Virus record (IMG/VR): IMGVR_UViG_3300045973_000245
Span: 1-62,755 of that record
From: a virus
Taxonomy: Duplodnaviria > Caudoviricetes
Reading direction: 5' to 3' (one strand)
Length of the DNA: 62,755 nt
In this document: positions 7,211 to 16,520 of the stretch, one piece after another
Numbering within the stretch: position 1 is the first letter of the stretch
How the letters are laid out: each line of letters opens with the position of its first letter
Notes under the pieces: generated by a model
Database searches by the model: none
What the model was told of the DNA's origin: nothing
The model's input: the letters and a program-made list of their open reading frames with translations, nothing else
Translations under genes and position numbers: made by a program

Positions 7211-9127
7211 ATGAACATCATTCTTCCTAAGTCTGATGCTAACAAATTCGTTAATGAAATTAATGAGTTTGCCCTAGATATACGCGCACCACATAGTAGC
7301 TATTACTATGAAGATTTAACGTCGCGCGGAGTCTATTCATGGGTACATTATTCAGAGTACCCGCCGCTCACAAAAGAATTTGTGGACGAATATCTAGCCA
7401 CAAAATTCCCTCACCTTACAGTACTTCATACCATAAAAGAAGAGCAAGATAGCTACTTCGCGTATGAACAAAAAGTGCTGGTAAATGCTGGGGATTCAAC
7501 TAACACAAGCGTAACACAAGAAATAGCGTGGAGAAATAAAGTAAATGAAACTGTAAATCAGTTTGATTTTCTTCTACCGTTTGTGTTAGAATTCAATCCG
7601 AAGGACTGCAATTTTGCTCGATATACTCCTACAGTTATGCTCACTCCGTATGGGATATGGTATAATCAAGGGAAACCGCATATTAGTGCTGGTCCTCAAA
7701 TTCTGGCTTTTAACAAAGCCGCAGTATTGGCGTATAACCAATCTCAGTATAATCCTGCATTCTTATACGAAGCACAGGACCATTCCGGGGATTATCTTAC
7801 GCTTCCATTTGCTTTGGTTTATGAGAATAAACGAGGCTTAGGGAATACTGTGCAGATGTGTTCTAATAAATTCTATCCGACTCAAACTATTTCAAAACAG
7901 AAGACTATCTTTGATTTACTTGCTGAGCCGACTATATGGAAGAGAATTATATTTCATTTGCTTTGGACTCCGCTTGCTCAACTAAAGATTGAATCTGAGC
8001 AAGTAGTAATTCCGCTCTCTTTGCAGGTAAAAATGTTTTCTTTCCAGAATCAATCTGCAATTAGGCAGGAGATAGAATCATTAGAGAACAATAAGGGCGA
8101 AATGCGACGTAATATCGACGCATATATCAAGGAAATCACTAACTACAAGGTAAAAGAGAGCCTGTTAGAAGAGCAGATTATTGTGAAGCATAAAGAGCTT
8201 GCTCGTAGAGCTTCCAGTAAAAACTTTGAGAGAGAACTGAAGAATCTCAAGACTCTTCCCTACATAAAAGACTTTGAGTTTAAAGGTGGTGGAATCTGCT
8301 TTTATACAGAACCTATACAGATTGATAGTGGGCCTACTCTTGGTGGGTACGAAATCAAGTACTCAATGGTTGATAAGAGCCTCAAGATTAGAAACGTAGA
8401 CAATCCTCATGAGAGTCTTGCACACCCGCATATTTATCAGGATGGAGATATCTGTTTTGGTAACTACACTGATGTATTCTTCCGGTTTGAAACAGGAGAA
8501 TTCTACATTGGTATGCAATTGTTGCATGAATTCTTGTCTAGCTATAACCCGGAAGATGAATGGGGACGTAGGCTAATCTATTGGGATGCCAAATTTGTCT
8601 TTGAAGATATGAAGATGCGTGGACTTCTTCATAAACTAGAAGGCAAATGGGATTCGTACTATTACGATATCTATCACGAACACATGAGTAGCAACAACTA
8701 TTGTTCTAGTTGTGAGTTGCCATTGGACGAATGTGAATGTGACCGTTGCCAGTATTGCCAGGAATTCACAGATAACTGTGAGTGTTGGATTTGCTATTCC
8801 TGCGGTGAATTGGTAGAAGATGGTTGTGGGTGTGAACGATGTGCTTCTTGTCAAGAATTGATTAGGGATTGTGGTTGTGAGCGGTGTGAAAACTGCGAAG
8901 AATTGACAAACACTAACTACAGCCCATGCTGTGAGTGTGAACGTTGTCCTGATGATGATTCACTTCTTGATGAAGATGATGAACGTTGTCTCACTTGCCA
9001 AAATACAGACTGTGGACATAACATGAACGAAGACCCTATTCCTACTCAAGAGGAAGAATTGCCACTGCATGAAGCAATGGAACCTGACATATATGAACTA
9101 CTTAGAACAGTATTGGAAGGACGATGA
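7211..9127 (+). CDS. multidomain prokaryotic E2 (UBC-fold)-like protein with coiled coil and C-terminal Cys-rich repeats
   Basis: HPHIYQDGDICFGN (H405..C415) matches the UBC HPN-x7-C active site; coiled-coil-like stretch ~aa 280-345; five CxxC-x-CxC repeats. Confidence 0.75.
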   Translation: MNIILPKSDANKFVNEINEFALDIRAPHSSYYYEDLTSRGVYSWVHYSEYPPLTKEFVDEYLATKFPHLTVLHTIKEEQDSYFAYEQKVLVNAGDSTNTSVTQEIAWRNKVNETVNQFDFLLPFVLEFNPKDCNFARYTPTVMLTPYGIWYNQGKPHISAGPQILAFNKAAVLAYNQSQYNPAFLYEAQDHSGDYLTLPFALVYENKRGLGNTVQMCSNKFYPTQTISKQKTIFDLLAEPTIWKRIIFHLLWTPLAQLKIESEQVVIPLSLQVKMFSFQNQSAIRQEIESLENNKGEMRRNIDAYIKEITNYKVKESLLEEQIIVKHKELARRASSKNFERELKNLKTLPYIKDFEFKGGGICFYTEPIQIDSGPTLGGYEIKYSMVDKSLKIRNVDNPHESLAHPHIYQDGDICFGNYTDVFFRFETGEFYIGMQLLHEFLSSYNPEDEWGRRLIYWDAKFVFEDMKMRGLLHKLEGKWDSYYYDIYHEHMSSNNYCSSCELPLDECECDRCQYCQEFTDNCECWICYSCGELVEDGCGCERCASCQELIRDCGCERCENCEELTNTNYSPCCECERCPDDDSLLDEDDERCLTCQNTDCGHNMNEDPIPTQEEELPLHEAMEPDIYELLRTVLEGR

Positions 9128-9933
9128 TAATGACAGCTATTGCCCAAACAACTTTGTGGATTCCTCCTAAGATTTATGCAGAGCTAATGTTTTATGCATG
9201 GACAGTTGATGCAGAAGTTGGTGGTGTAGGTACTCTGGAATTCAATTGTCCAGAGCCTAATGATATCTATGTGACCGAAGTATTTCTTGAAAAGCAGAAA
9301 GTGCATGGCACCGAATGCCTGCTTTCTAAAGACGATTCTACCTATGAAAAATTGATTCTCAGTAATGAGATTGAAAAAGCGTGTAAGCTGCAACTTTGGT
9401 GGCATTCTCATCACACAATGGGTGCAGGACACTCTACGACTGATGATACAACGATGCGAGAGTGGTCCGGGGAATATGTCGTGGCTTTAGTAATCAACCG
9501 CAAGGGAGATTTGAAAGCTAAACTTATGACCAAAATTCCTGTAATGGTTGTCGGAGATATTGAGGTAAGAATCAATTGGCTCGACATTGAAGCAGGAGAA
9601 GAAATGGGTGCAGAAGTAGCAGCTAAAGTTACTAAAGAAGCCCCTCAAGCAGTAGTAACGTATTGTGGCAATTATGCTCAGCAGCAATGGCAGCAAGTAA
9701 GTGGTGAATATGAGCATGATAAACAGACAGGCTTATGGGGCAAAAAGAAAAAGGATGATGAAGCTACCCCTTTACACAGTATGACCGAGGCAGAGTGGGT
9801 AGAAATGGAAGAAGAGTATTACGAACTGCTGGACGACAAAGACATAAAAACTCTAGGTTTTCCAGTAGGTGAAATGGACGCAGATGAAAAGAGAGCGTTG
9901 AAACAGATTTGGGATGCTAAGGAATGTGACTGA
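9124..9933 (+). CDS. JAB/MPN+ (JAMM) metalloprotease, deubiquitinase-like
   Basis: EVGG glutamate and WWHSH-x7-S-x2-D JAMM motif; acidic tail. Confidence 0.88.
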   Translation: MIMTAIAQTTLWIPPKIYAELMFYAWTVDAEVGGVGTLEFNCPEPNDIYVTEVFLEKQKVHGTECLLSKDDSTYEKLILSNEIEKACKLQLWWHSHHTMGAGHSTTDDTTMREWSGEYVVALVINRKGDLKAKLMTKIPVMVVGDIEVRINWLDIEAGEEMGAEVAAKVTKEAPQAVVTYCGNYAQQQWQQVSGEYEHDKQTGLWGKKKKDDEATPLHSMTEAEWVEMEEEYYELLDDKDIKTLGFPVGEMDADEKRALKQIWDAKECD

Positions 9934-10124
9934 TGCAAAAGACTGATGTAGGAGAAGTCTGGATTATCTGGCGTAAAATACCAGGAACTCATCATAACTC
10001 AATATGGGAAGTGTGTGATGATGAATATTCTGGCCAGAAAATTCTGAATACACTGATGAATAAATCAGAATTCACTATGTATAAGTATGCAATCACGCAT
10101 GTTGTGACGGAGAGAGTAATATGA
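9933..10124 (+). CDS. hypothetical protein inside the Ubl cassette
   Basis: Overlaps the stop of JAB and the start of E1. Confidence 0.5.
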   Translation: MQKTDVGEVWIIWRKIPGTHHNSIWEVCDDEYSGQKILNTLMNKSEFTMYKYAITHVVTERVI

Positions 10125-10786
10125 CAGACGTAAATGAGGCGTATCTTCGTAGCATTGATATCTTTGACCCCAATAAAGCTAGGCCAGTATCTATTATTGG
10201 TTGTGGGTCTATTGGTAGCTTTGCTGCTAAGACTCTAGCTAAGATGGGTGTACAGAAGTTTAATCTGTATGATGGTGATATTGTCACTCAGGTTAACATT
10301 GGTTGTCAGGATTTTGGCTGGAAAGACCTAGGAAAACCCAAAGTTGAGGCTGTTAGGGACTTGATTTTAGAAAACTCTCCTGTAAAGCCAGAGGATATCA
10401 ACATCCATTTTGGCTATATAGATGATAAGTCTAAGTTGCCGTTTATTCCTACGATTGTAGGAGTGGACAGTATGACAGCAAGACATTTGATTTGGGGCAA
10501 ACTAAAGAATAAGGCACCTATTATAATTGACGGGCGCATTGGTGGACAGATTGTAAGAGTATTCAGCGTCACTAATGATTATGCAAGCATGGAATACTAC
10601 GAACAATATCTGAAAACTGATGAAGAAGCTGAAGAGCTACCGTGTACACAACGTAATGTGTGCTATGTGGCTAACATTACTCAAGGCATCATAGGACAAA
10701 TGATGCGGAGCTATATCGAGAAAGGGGTAGCTGCTAAAGAAATCGGTATTGATGTGGAGACGTTTATAAACTACGTTAAGGAGTAG
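10121..10786 (+). CDS. ThiF/E1-family Ubl-activating adenylyltransferase
   Basis: IIGCGSIGS, YDGDIV..VNIGCQ, GKPKV, VGVDS..AR, DGRIGG, LPCTQ candidate catalytic Cys. Confidence 0.9.
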   Translation: MTDVNEAYLRSIDIFDPNKARPVSIIGCGSIGSFAAKTLAKMGVQKFNLYDGDIVTQVNIGCQDFGWKDLGKPKVEAVRDLILENSPVKPEDINIHFGYIDDKSKLPFIPTIVGVDSMTARHLIWGKLKNKAPIIIDGRIGGQIVRVFSVTNDYASMEYYEQYLKTDEEAEELPCTQRNVCYVANITQGIIGQMMRSYIEKGVAAKEIGIDVETFINYVKE

Positions 10787-10788
10787 AA

Positions 10789-11031
10789 GTGACAGAACAT
10801 GATAAGGGATTTGTCCTTATCCCAACAGAAGTCCCTCAAAGAATTAGGGGCAGTAAGTATACTGAAGCAGTGGAGTCTTTTGTTAGCTCTAATGAACCTT
10901 CAGGCAAAATCAATCTAGGTGATACTGCAATTGAAACAGCCTATCAAGGTTTCCATAAGGTACTAAAGAAGAGTGCCTATCCTGTAGAACTAACGAGAGT
11001 TAACGGCTCTCTTTATATTAAGAGGGTGTAG
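10789..11031 (+). CDS. small putative DNA-binding protein
   Basis: Similar to 18148..18444 (R...Y.EA...FV.S....KI). Confidence 0.45.
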   Translation: MTEHDKGFVLIPTEVPQRIRGSKYTEAVESFVSSNEPSGKINLGDTAIETAYQGFHKVLKKSAYPVELTRVNGSLYIKRV

Positions 11032-11090
11032 ATATGAGCTATCTGGCAAAACTATTACAAAGGATACTATTTGGCAAGTGAGGTTAACAG

Positions 11091-11363
11091 ATGAATCTTG
11101 ACCTAATGCAAATTTTTAGGGATTTTCGTCTGTTAACCAAGGATGTAACAAATACAACAGAAGCTTCCGAGCTTCTGATGAAAGAGTTTCAAGTGGATGT
11201 ACCAGAGATAGTGGATTTGTGGCAAGTTTTCCATGAATTTATTGTCGAAAAGTTTGAAATCAAGAAACTCAACAAGAAACAAGCTGAACAGATGGATGCC
11301 TTTATAGCGTTACTATATGATGCGTTCTTCTTTGGAATGTATGTAGATAAGCTCTACGCATAG
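11091..11363 (+). CDS. hypothetical protein
   Basis: GAGG RBS, 90-aa ORF. Confidence 0.55.
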   Translation: MNLDLMQIFRDFRLLTKDVTNTTEASELLMKEFQVDVPEIVDLWQVFHEFIVEKFEIKKLNKKQAEQMDAFIALLYDAFFFGMYVDKLYA

Positions 11364-11364
11364 T

Positions 11365-11535
11365 GTAGCGCAAAGCGCGAGGGTAGGGGTATTTATTGCC
11401 CCTACCCTCCAGGTGAGGAATAAAAGAAAGGGCATATAGATAAGTGCCTTTTCTTATATTCTCTTTTCTGTATTCTATAATTCTATTATCTCTATTAGTG
11501 CTATTAGTTTTGAACGCGCGTGTGCGCGTAACACA
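11365..11535. other. candidate replication origin
   Basis: Non-coding; two strong hairpins, pyrimidine-rich AT tract, four CTAT(T/A)A repeats; just upstream of the replication genes. Confidence 0.4.
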
Positions 11536-11747
11536 CAATGAAAGGATTGTCAAGTGGATTTTGTAACTCTTTTAGGGGCCGAAGATGTAAAGCAGGCTGG
11601 CTATGATATTAAAGCAGCAGCCAGTGAGATAAAACTTGCTATGGGCTTCTTTGAAGAGGCTTTACAGATGCATGAAAGGTTTCTCACTGATTGGTTGGAA
11701 CAGTTAGAAGCTGCCTTGACGGAAAAGAAAGAGTTTGGGTTAAAAAG

Positions 11748-12131
11748 ATGGTAGACACATTCTTTCCTATTATGCCTGTGGCCGAAGTACCAAAGCCAGC
11801 AGGAAATTACAAAGGCAAAGGTATTGAGGACTGGACCTGGAAGGATTTCCAGAACTACTTTGATGATAAGTATGCTCAGAAGTTTGGCTTAAAGCCCCCG
11901 ACTTATAAAGCAGCTTTGCGTCGAGCGCAGATAGCATATGCTGTTGAATTGCGGGGAAAAGAGCTATTTAAGGCCATGATAGACTACCTCTTAGAGCGTC
12001 CTAAACGGGTTGAATGGAGTTCTATCAGTATGAGTTTGATACTTGGCAATCATGGTTGGGCTATAGATATCTCGCAAAAAGCGAAGAAAAAGATTGACGC
12101 AGAGCTTGACTTGACCGATGAAGAGTTGTAA
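11748..12131 (+). CDS. putative replication initiator / helicase-loader partner
   Basis: Helical ORF between the candidate origin and the loader-like gene; call rests on position. Confidence 0.35.
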   Translation: MVDTFFPIMPVAEVPKPAGNYKGKGIEDWTWKDFQNYFDDKYAQKFGLKPPTYKAALRRAQIAYAVELRGKELFKAMIDYLLERPKRVEWSSISMSLILGNHGWAIDISQKAKKKIDAELDLTDEEL

Positions 12132-12161
12132 ACTATACCATCTAACACGAAAGGGGACTGA

Positions 12162-12722
12162 ATGACCCGAAAAGAGCTTTATAACTTACTCTATGCTAAC
12201 GGCGTTCCTAAGCAGATAGTTGATTGGACATTTACAGAGGAATTAGACAATCCTTTTTTGAAGGATAAGCTAACTCCAATGCTGGAAGAGATTGACAAGT
12301 TTCTTAACAATAGGACTTCGTTCCTTATTTACTTCCCAAACAACCCGCTATTAGCCGCGCGAATTGCAACGACTTATATGAAGGCTGCTTTCCTTGCTGG
12401 ATTCTACAAGGTCAAGTATGCCACTCCAGGGGTCATTGTAGGCTATAAAAAGGAGTCGTGGGATAATGGTGAGGCATACAACGAGCTATTGGCTGCTGAC
12501 CTCCTGGTAATTGACAAAGTGTTAGAGCATCAAAAAGAAAAGAGTTGGCCGCGAGAAGTGTTCGAGGAATTCGTAGAAGATAGATTAATGAGACGGAGAA
12601 GTACACTATTTGTTTGTGGTGATAACCCTAATGAAGTGTTCTCTGATAGGTTGAAGTTATTGTTTGACTCGACTCCTGTTAAAATTCTCGCAGAGAATGG
12701 GAAAGTTTCTCATGTTAAATAA
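12162..12722 (+). CDS. degenerate DnaC/IstB-like helicase loader
   Basis: LLAADLLVID Walker-B-like segment and R....RSTLF; no GxxxxGKT; upstream of DnaB. Confidence 0.55.
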   Translation: MTRKELYNLLYANGVPKQIVDWTFTEELDNPFLKDKLTPMLEEIDKFLNNRTSFLIYFPNNPLLAARIATTYMKAAFLAGFYKVKYATPGVIVGYKKESWDNGEAYNELLAADLLVIDKVLEHQKEKSWPREVFEEFVEDRLMRRRSTLFVCGDNPNEVFSDRLKLLFDSTPVKILAENGKVSHVK

Positions 12723-13122
12723 TGACCTATCAAATAGAGCAGCACCAATCTTACTTTTCAACTTTGAGCGAGTAATTTGTGAAGAGTTTGATAAGAAAAC
12801 GTGGCGAACACCAGAATACAAAGTAAATCAACAAAACATTCATGCAATAAATCAGTTATTCTTGAAAGATTTCCGCATCTTGTACCTAACATTTGAGTGG
12901 CCTGATAAAAAGTTAGACAAATTGGAAGACGAATTAGACCTTGATGGTTGTCTATTTAATGGAATGATTAAAACCAAGGACACACATTCTTTGCAAGAGT
13001 TTCTCAAGCACAATTTGGGGTCACACTATTTCGATACTGATATAACATTAGTAAAAAGTCTAGGTCAATATGCTAGTCAATGGCAAGGATATCTCATAAG
13101 TCTATGGGGCGGTAATCTATGA
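12712..13122 (+). CDS. hypothetical protein (possible degenerate HAD-like fold)
   Basis: ILLFNFERVI resembles hhhhDhDG; overlaps both neighbours. Confidence 0.4.
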   Translation: MLNNDLSNRAAPILLFNFERVICEEFDKKTWRTPEYKVNQQNIHAINQLFLKDFRILYLTFEWPDKKLDKLEDELDLDGCLFNGMIKTKDTHSLQEFLKHNLGSHYFDTDITLVKSLGQYASQWQGYLISLWGGNL

Positions 13123-14402
13123 ATATAGAGACTGGCCTAATTTCTAAGATTGAGAGCAAGGAAGATTTACTATATGTTCTTGACGAGAGAATTAATGAGA
13201 AATTCTTTGAAGAGCATGGTGAAATATTTCAGTCGATGCTTGATTATTACAAGAAATATTTGACCGTACCTGGGAAAGAAGTCATTAGTAGTTACTTTCC
13301 TAACTTTGTATTCTCAGATATAGACGAGCCTCTTGCATTCTTTGTAGACGAAATAAAGAAGAAGCACAAAAAGAATATTTACAATACGGGGCTTATTGAA
13401 GTAGTCGAGTTGATGAAGGATGATATTGATGTAGCTGAACAAAAGTTGCAACAATTGTTATCGACTTCTAAGACTGAAATCAAGACAACAGTAGATTTAG
13501 ATGTGCGTTCCAATGCAGCCTTAACAAAGCTAGAATATGAAGAGAAGAAGGGGCATCTAGGCATAGATGGGTATGAGTTGCCGTGGGAATATCTGAACAA
13601 TCTAACTGGCGGGGCACATAAAGGTGAGCTAATTGTATGGTCTGCTCGTCCTAAAATTGGCAAGACTTGGTTAGCAACCTGGATAGCAAAACATATTTGG
13701 CGCGAATGCAATGTGCCAATTGTCTTTATAACTAAGGAAATGCGCCCAAAAGCAATTAAAGATAGGGTATCAGCGATTGAAACAGGTCTACCATATGATG
13801 CTTTGAAACGAGGCTTTCTTACTGATGCTCAACAGAGATTCTATTATGAATATCTTGATAGGCTTGAAGAAGAAAAGGAAGAAGGATATCCAGATTTTAT
13901 TATACCAGGATATTCACTATCAGATACTATTGGTGGAGTATCAAGCATTATTCCTAAAGTAGAACAGCATCTAATGCATGGTGGTGTTTTAATTGTGGAC
14001 GGAATGTATTTGTTGCCTGATGATAGAGGCGAGAAAGATTGGAAAGCTATTGTTAACATTTCGATGGATTTGAAGAATCTTGCCTTAGCCTATAACATTC
14101 CTGTGATAGCAACAACTCAGCAGAATATGTCGGACAAGAATCCAACACCTACATTTGACGGAGCAGCTTATGGCAAATATCTTGTACAGTTTGTAGATGC
14201 GTTTCTTGGTATTGGTAGAAATGCTACGGACTACACTTTAGGTAGAGGTAGAATTTATATGCTTGGACAACGAGAAGGTGATGTTGGTGACTTTCCAATT
14301 GATATGAAATTCTCACCAGTAGATTTCTCACAAGCATATGAGAAAACTGTAGAAGACACAAATATGGATGAAGACGACGATGATGAAAGTATGAGGTATT
14401 AA
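13119..14402 (+). CDS. dnaB: replicative helicase, DnaB family
   Basis: ARPKIGKT Walker A, TKEM, LIVDG Walker B, IPVIATTQ. Confidence 0.9.
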   Translation: MNIETGLISKIESKEDLLYVLDERINEKFFEEHGEIFQSMLDYYKKYLTVPGKEVISSYFPNFVFSDIDEPLAFFVDEIKKKHKKNIYNTGLIEVVELMKDDIDVAEQKLQQLLSTSKTEIKTTVDLDVRSNAALTKLEYEEKKGHLGIDGYELPWEYLNNLTGGAHKGELIVWSARPKIGKTWLATWIAKHIWRECNVPIVFITKEMRPKAIKDRVSAIETGLPYDALKRGFLTDAQQRFYYEYLDRLEEEKEEGYPDFIIPGYSLSDTIGGVSSIIPKVEQHLMHGGVLIVDGMYLLPDDRGEKDWKAIVNISMDLKNLALAYNIPVIATTQQNMSDKNPTPTFDGAAYGKYLVQFVDAFLGIGRNATDYTLGRGRIYMLGQREGDVGDFPIDMKFSPVDFSQAYEKTVEDTNMDEDDDDESMRY

Positions 14403-14403
14403 A

Positions 14404-14616
14404 ATGATATATTCAATAGAAGAAAGCAAACCTTTTCATTGTACTGAAATGAAGTGCTTCTGTTTTTCTTGTGATAGAAATGATGTTTGTCTTGATGGTT
14501 GTTTGGTTTGTAATAGTAACCATGAGCCAATGCCTTCAAATGAATGTGTAACTAGTGACTATGATAGCTACGACGAAGAAGACGACTATTATGAAGAAGA
14601 CAGTGTAGATTGGTAA
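14404..14616 (+). CDS. small Cys-rich acidic protein
   Basis: CFCFSC..C..GCLVC followed by an acidic tail. Confidence 0.45.
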   Translation: MIYSIEESKPFHCTEMKCFCFSCDRNDVCLDGCLVCNSNHEPMPSNECVTSDYDSYDEEDDYYEEDSVDW

Positions 14617-15513
14617 ATGGACCTACAAGAGCTAGCTAATTTTCTTGGCTTACAAAAGGTCAAGATTAGAGGGGATGAAATACATGCATCCTGTCCATTT
14701 CCTGAAGCACACCTTACAGGAAAAGATACACATCCAAGTTTCTTTCTTAATCCTGAAAAGGGGGTATACAATTGCTTCTCTTGCGGGAACAGAGGAACTA
14801 TTGAAGAACTCGTTGCCAGGATTAAGCATACGACAATTAGTGAGGCTTTATCTCAACTTGACAACATAGGATTCAACCGAATAGCACTAAAGTTACGAGA
14901 GAAGGTAAAGAATGAGTATCCAGAAATTCTACCCGAAGGAATCCTCTACTACTTCGACAAAGTGGATGATGAAGTTGCTGAAACTTATCGGGGTGAAGTG
15001 GATGGACAGGATTGCTTAGTCTATCCTGTTCGTAATCGTGAAGGACACTTGGTTGGTGCATTAGCTAGAAGTGTTGAGGGTCGTTGGCACAAAATCATGT
15101 GGAATATGACGAAGAAGTATCTTTATGGCGAGAATTGTGTTAAACTAGAAGTTCCATTAATAGTGGTTGAAGGCCCAGGTGATGCCATCGCAATACGGCG
15201 TTCAGGTATGAAGAATGTAGTGGCATTAATGGGTAGCAATCTGTCTAATGAGCAAGCTGAGCGCCTTTTGTGGTTGTCAAGTAAACTGGTTATTTGGGCA
15301 GACAAAGACAAGGCTGGTGCTAAGTGTATCAACCAATGTATTAGGAAGCTGGATAAACGCGCGACTGTTAGATACATTGACCCCTGGAAACTCTTACCAG
15401 AAGGCTGTAAAGACGCAAAAGAGGTCTATGAGAAATTCGGTTACGAAGCAGTACAGTATATAGTTGAGGAAGCAAAGACATTCTTAGAACAAGTATTGGA
15501 GAATAAGAAATGA
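14617..15513 (+). CDS. dnaG: DNA primase (CHC2 Zn finger + TOPRIM)
   Basis: CPF..H....D.HPSF..YNCFSCG; VVEGPGD; WADKDKAG. Confidence 0.9.
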   Translation: MDLQELANFLGLQKVKIRGDEIHASCPFPEAHLTGKDTHPSFFLNPEKGVYNCFSCGNRGTIEELVARIKHTTISEALSQLDNIGFNRIALKLREKVKNEYPEILPEGILYYFDKVDDEVAETYRGEVDGQDCLVYPVRNREGHLVGALARSVEGRWHKIMWNMTKKYLYGENCVKLEVPLIVVEGPGDAIAIRRSGMKNVVALMGSNLSNEQAERLLWLSSKLVIWADKDKAGAKCINQCIRKLDKRATVRYIDPWKLLPEGCKDAKEVYEKFGYEAVQYIVEEAKTFLEQVLENKK

Positions 15514-15746
15514 GTTTTGAATCAGAGGCGATGCTAACTGGTCAAAGGATAGTTGAACTTTTGTGTGACTATAAAAAGGAATTTTCTTCTTATATGGAAG
15601 ACAATTTTGATGGTGGGGATAAGTATGATGTAGCAAGCCAATTTGTTGATAATGAAGTTATGGATAGTATTATAGATGAGGTACATGACTTGTTTGATAA
15701 GTTGGCAGACAAAATCAAAATCAAAGTAATAGTAGAAGAAGTCTAG
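15510..15746 (+). CDS. hypothetical protein
   Basis: ATGA overlap with primase. Confidence 0.5.
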   Translation: MSFESEAMLTGQRIVELLCDYKKEFSSYMEDNFDGGDKYDVASQFVDNEVMDSIIDEVHDLFDKLADKIKIKVIVEEV

Positions 15747-16062
15747 CAATGTTCTTTATCATTGCGCGGCTACCTATTTTGTTCAATTGGTGTAGAAAAC
15801 TCAGATAAGGCGAAAATCGAGTCGGCCTGGGGAAAAATAGTATGCGATACCAAAAAGTATTGATTGCAGAATGCAACGAAGTAGATTGGGTGCAGTACAC
15901 TACATATATTCCTGATGTTTTTGCTGTTGCTGGAAATAAATTAAAACTAAAGCCAGATACATCTGGTTGGCTAGTAGAGCTAGTTTATGATGAATACATG
16001 ATAGCTCCTAATGATTTCTATGAGTTTGTACGAAAGCATGATTTAAATCCAGTGTAATAATT

Positions 16063-16146
16063 GGGGGAATGGCGGAATGGCAGACGCGCGGGACTTAAAA
16101 TCCTGTGCCGAAAGGCGTGAGGGTTCAACTCCCTCTTCCCCCACCA
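16063..16146 (+). tRNA. tRNA-Leu(TAA)
   Basis: Acceptor GGGGGAA/TTCCCCC, loop CT-TAA-AA, variable arm GCC-GAAA-GGC, encoded CCA. Confidence 0.95.
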
Positions 16147-16274
16147 ATAAACTAAAGGAGTAGGAAATGAAGAAGCCTATTTGTGGTAATTGTGTTCTCT
16201 ATAATGAAAAAGGCTGTATAGGTGTGAATCCTAATAACGGTGCATGTTGTGTGTACCAGGAAAGGAAGGACTAA

Positions 16275-16520
16275 TTGTTCTGGAATATCCGCATTGTACA
16301 TACCAAGAATGGTTATGGCGTTTATGAGGTTTTCTACAACAAAGAGACTGGTATTCCGTGGGGCAGGGATATGGATGCCATGATGTTTGGAGAAACTCTT
16401 GAAGAATTGCACGAATACATTGCAATGGTGTTGAGGGATATCGAAAAACCTGTTCTTGAGGATAAAGATATCCGTCCTGAGTGTGAGGGCAATACAAATG
16501 AAGACGGTATATCTGATTGA
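16275..16520 (+). CDS. hypothetical protein
   Basis: AGGAAGG RBS; WNIRIV..EVFYN..GETLEEL pattern. Confidence 0.55.
   Translation: MFWNIRIVHTKNGYGVYEVFYNKETGIPWGRDMDAMMFGETLEELHEYIAMVLRDIEKPVLEDKDIRPECEGNTNEDGISD

Noticed and set aside
6882-10786. ThiS/ThiF or MoaD/MoeB cofactor-biosynthesis interpretation
   Set aside because: No thiG, moaE or cysteine desulfurase genes nearby, and an E2-like gene is present.
11379-11409. Simple intrinsic terminator
   Set aside because: No T-tract on either side; treated as part of the candidate origin.
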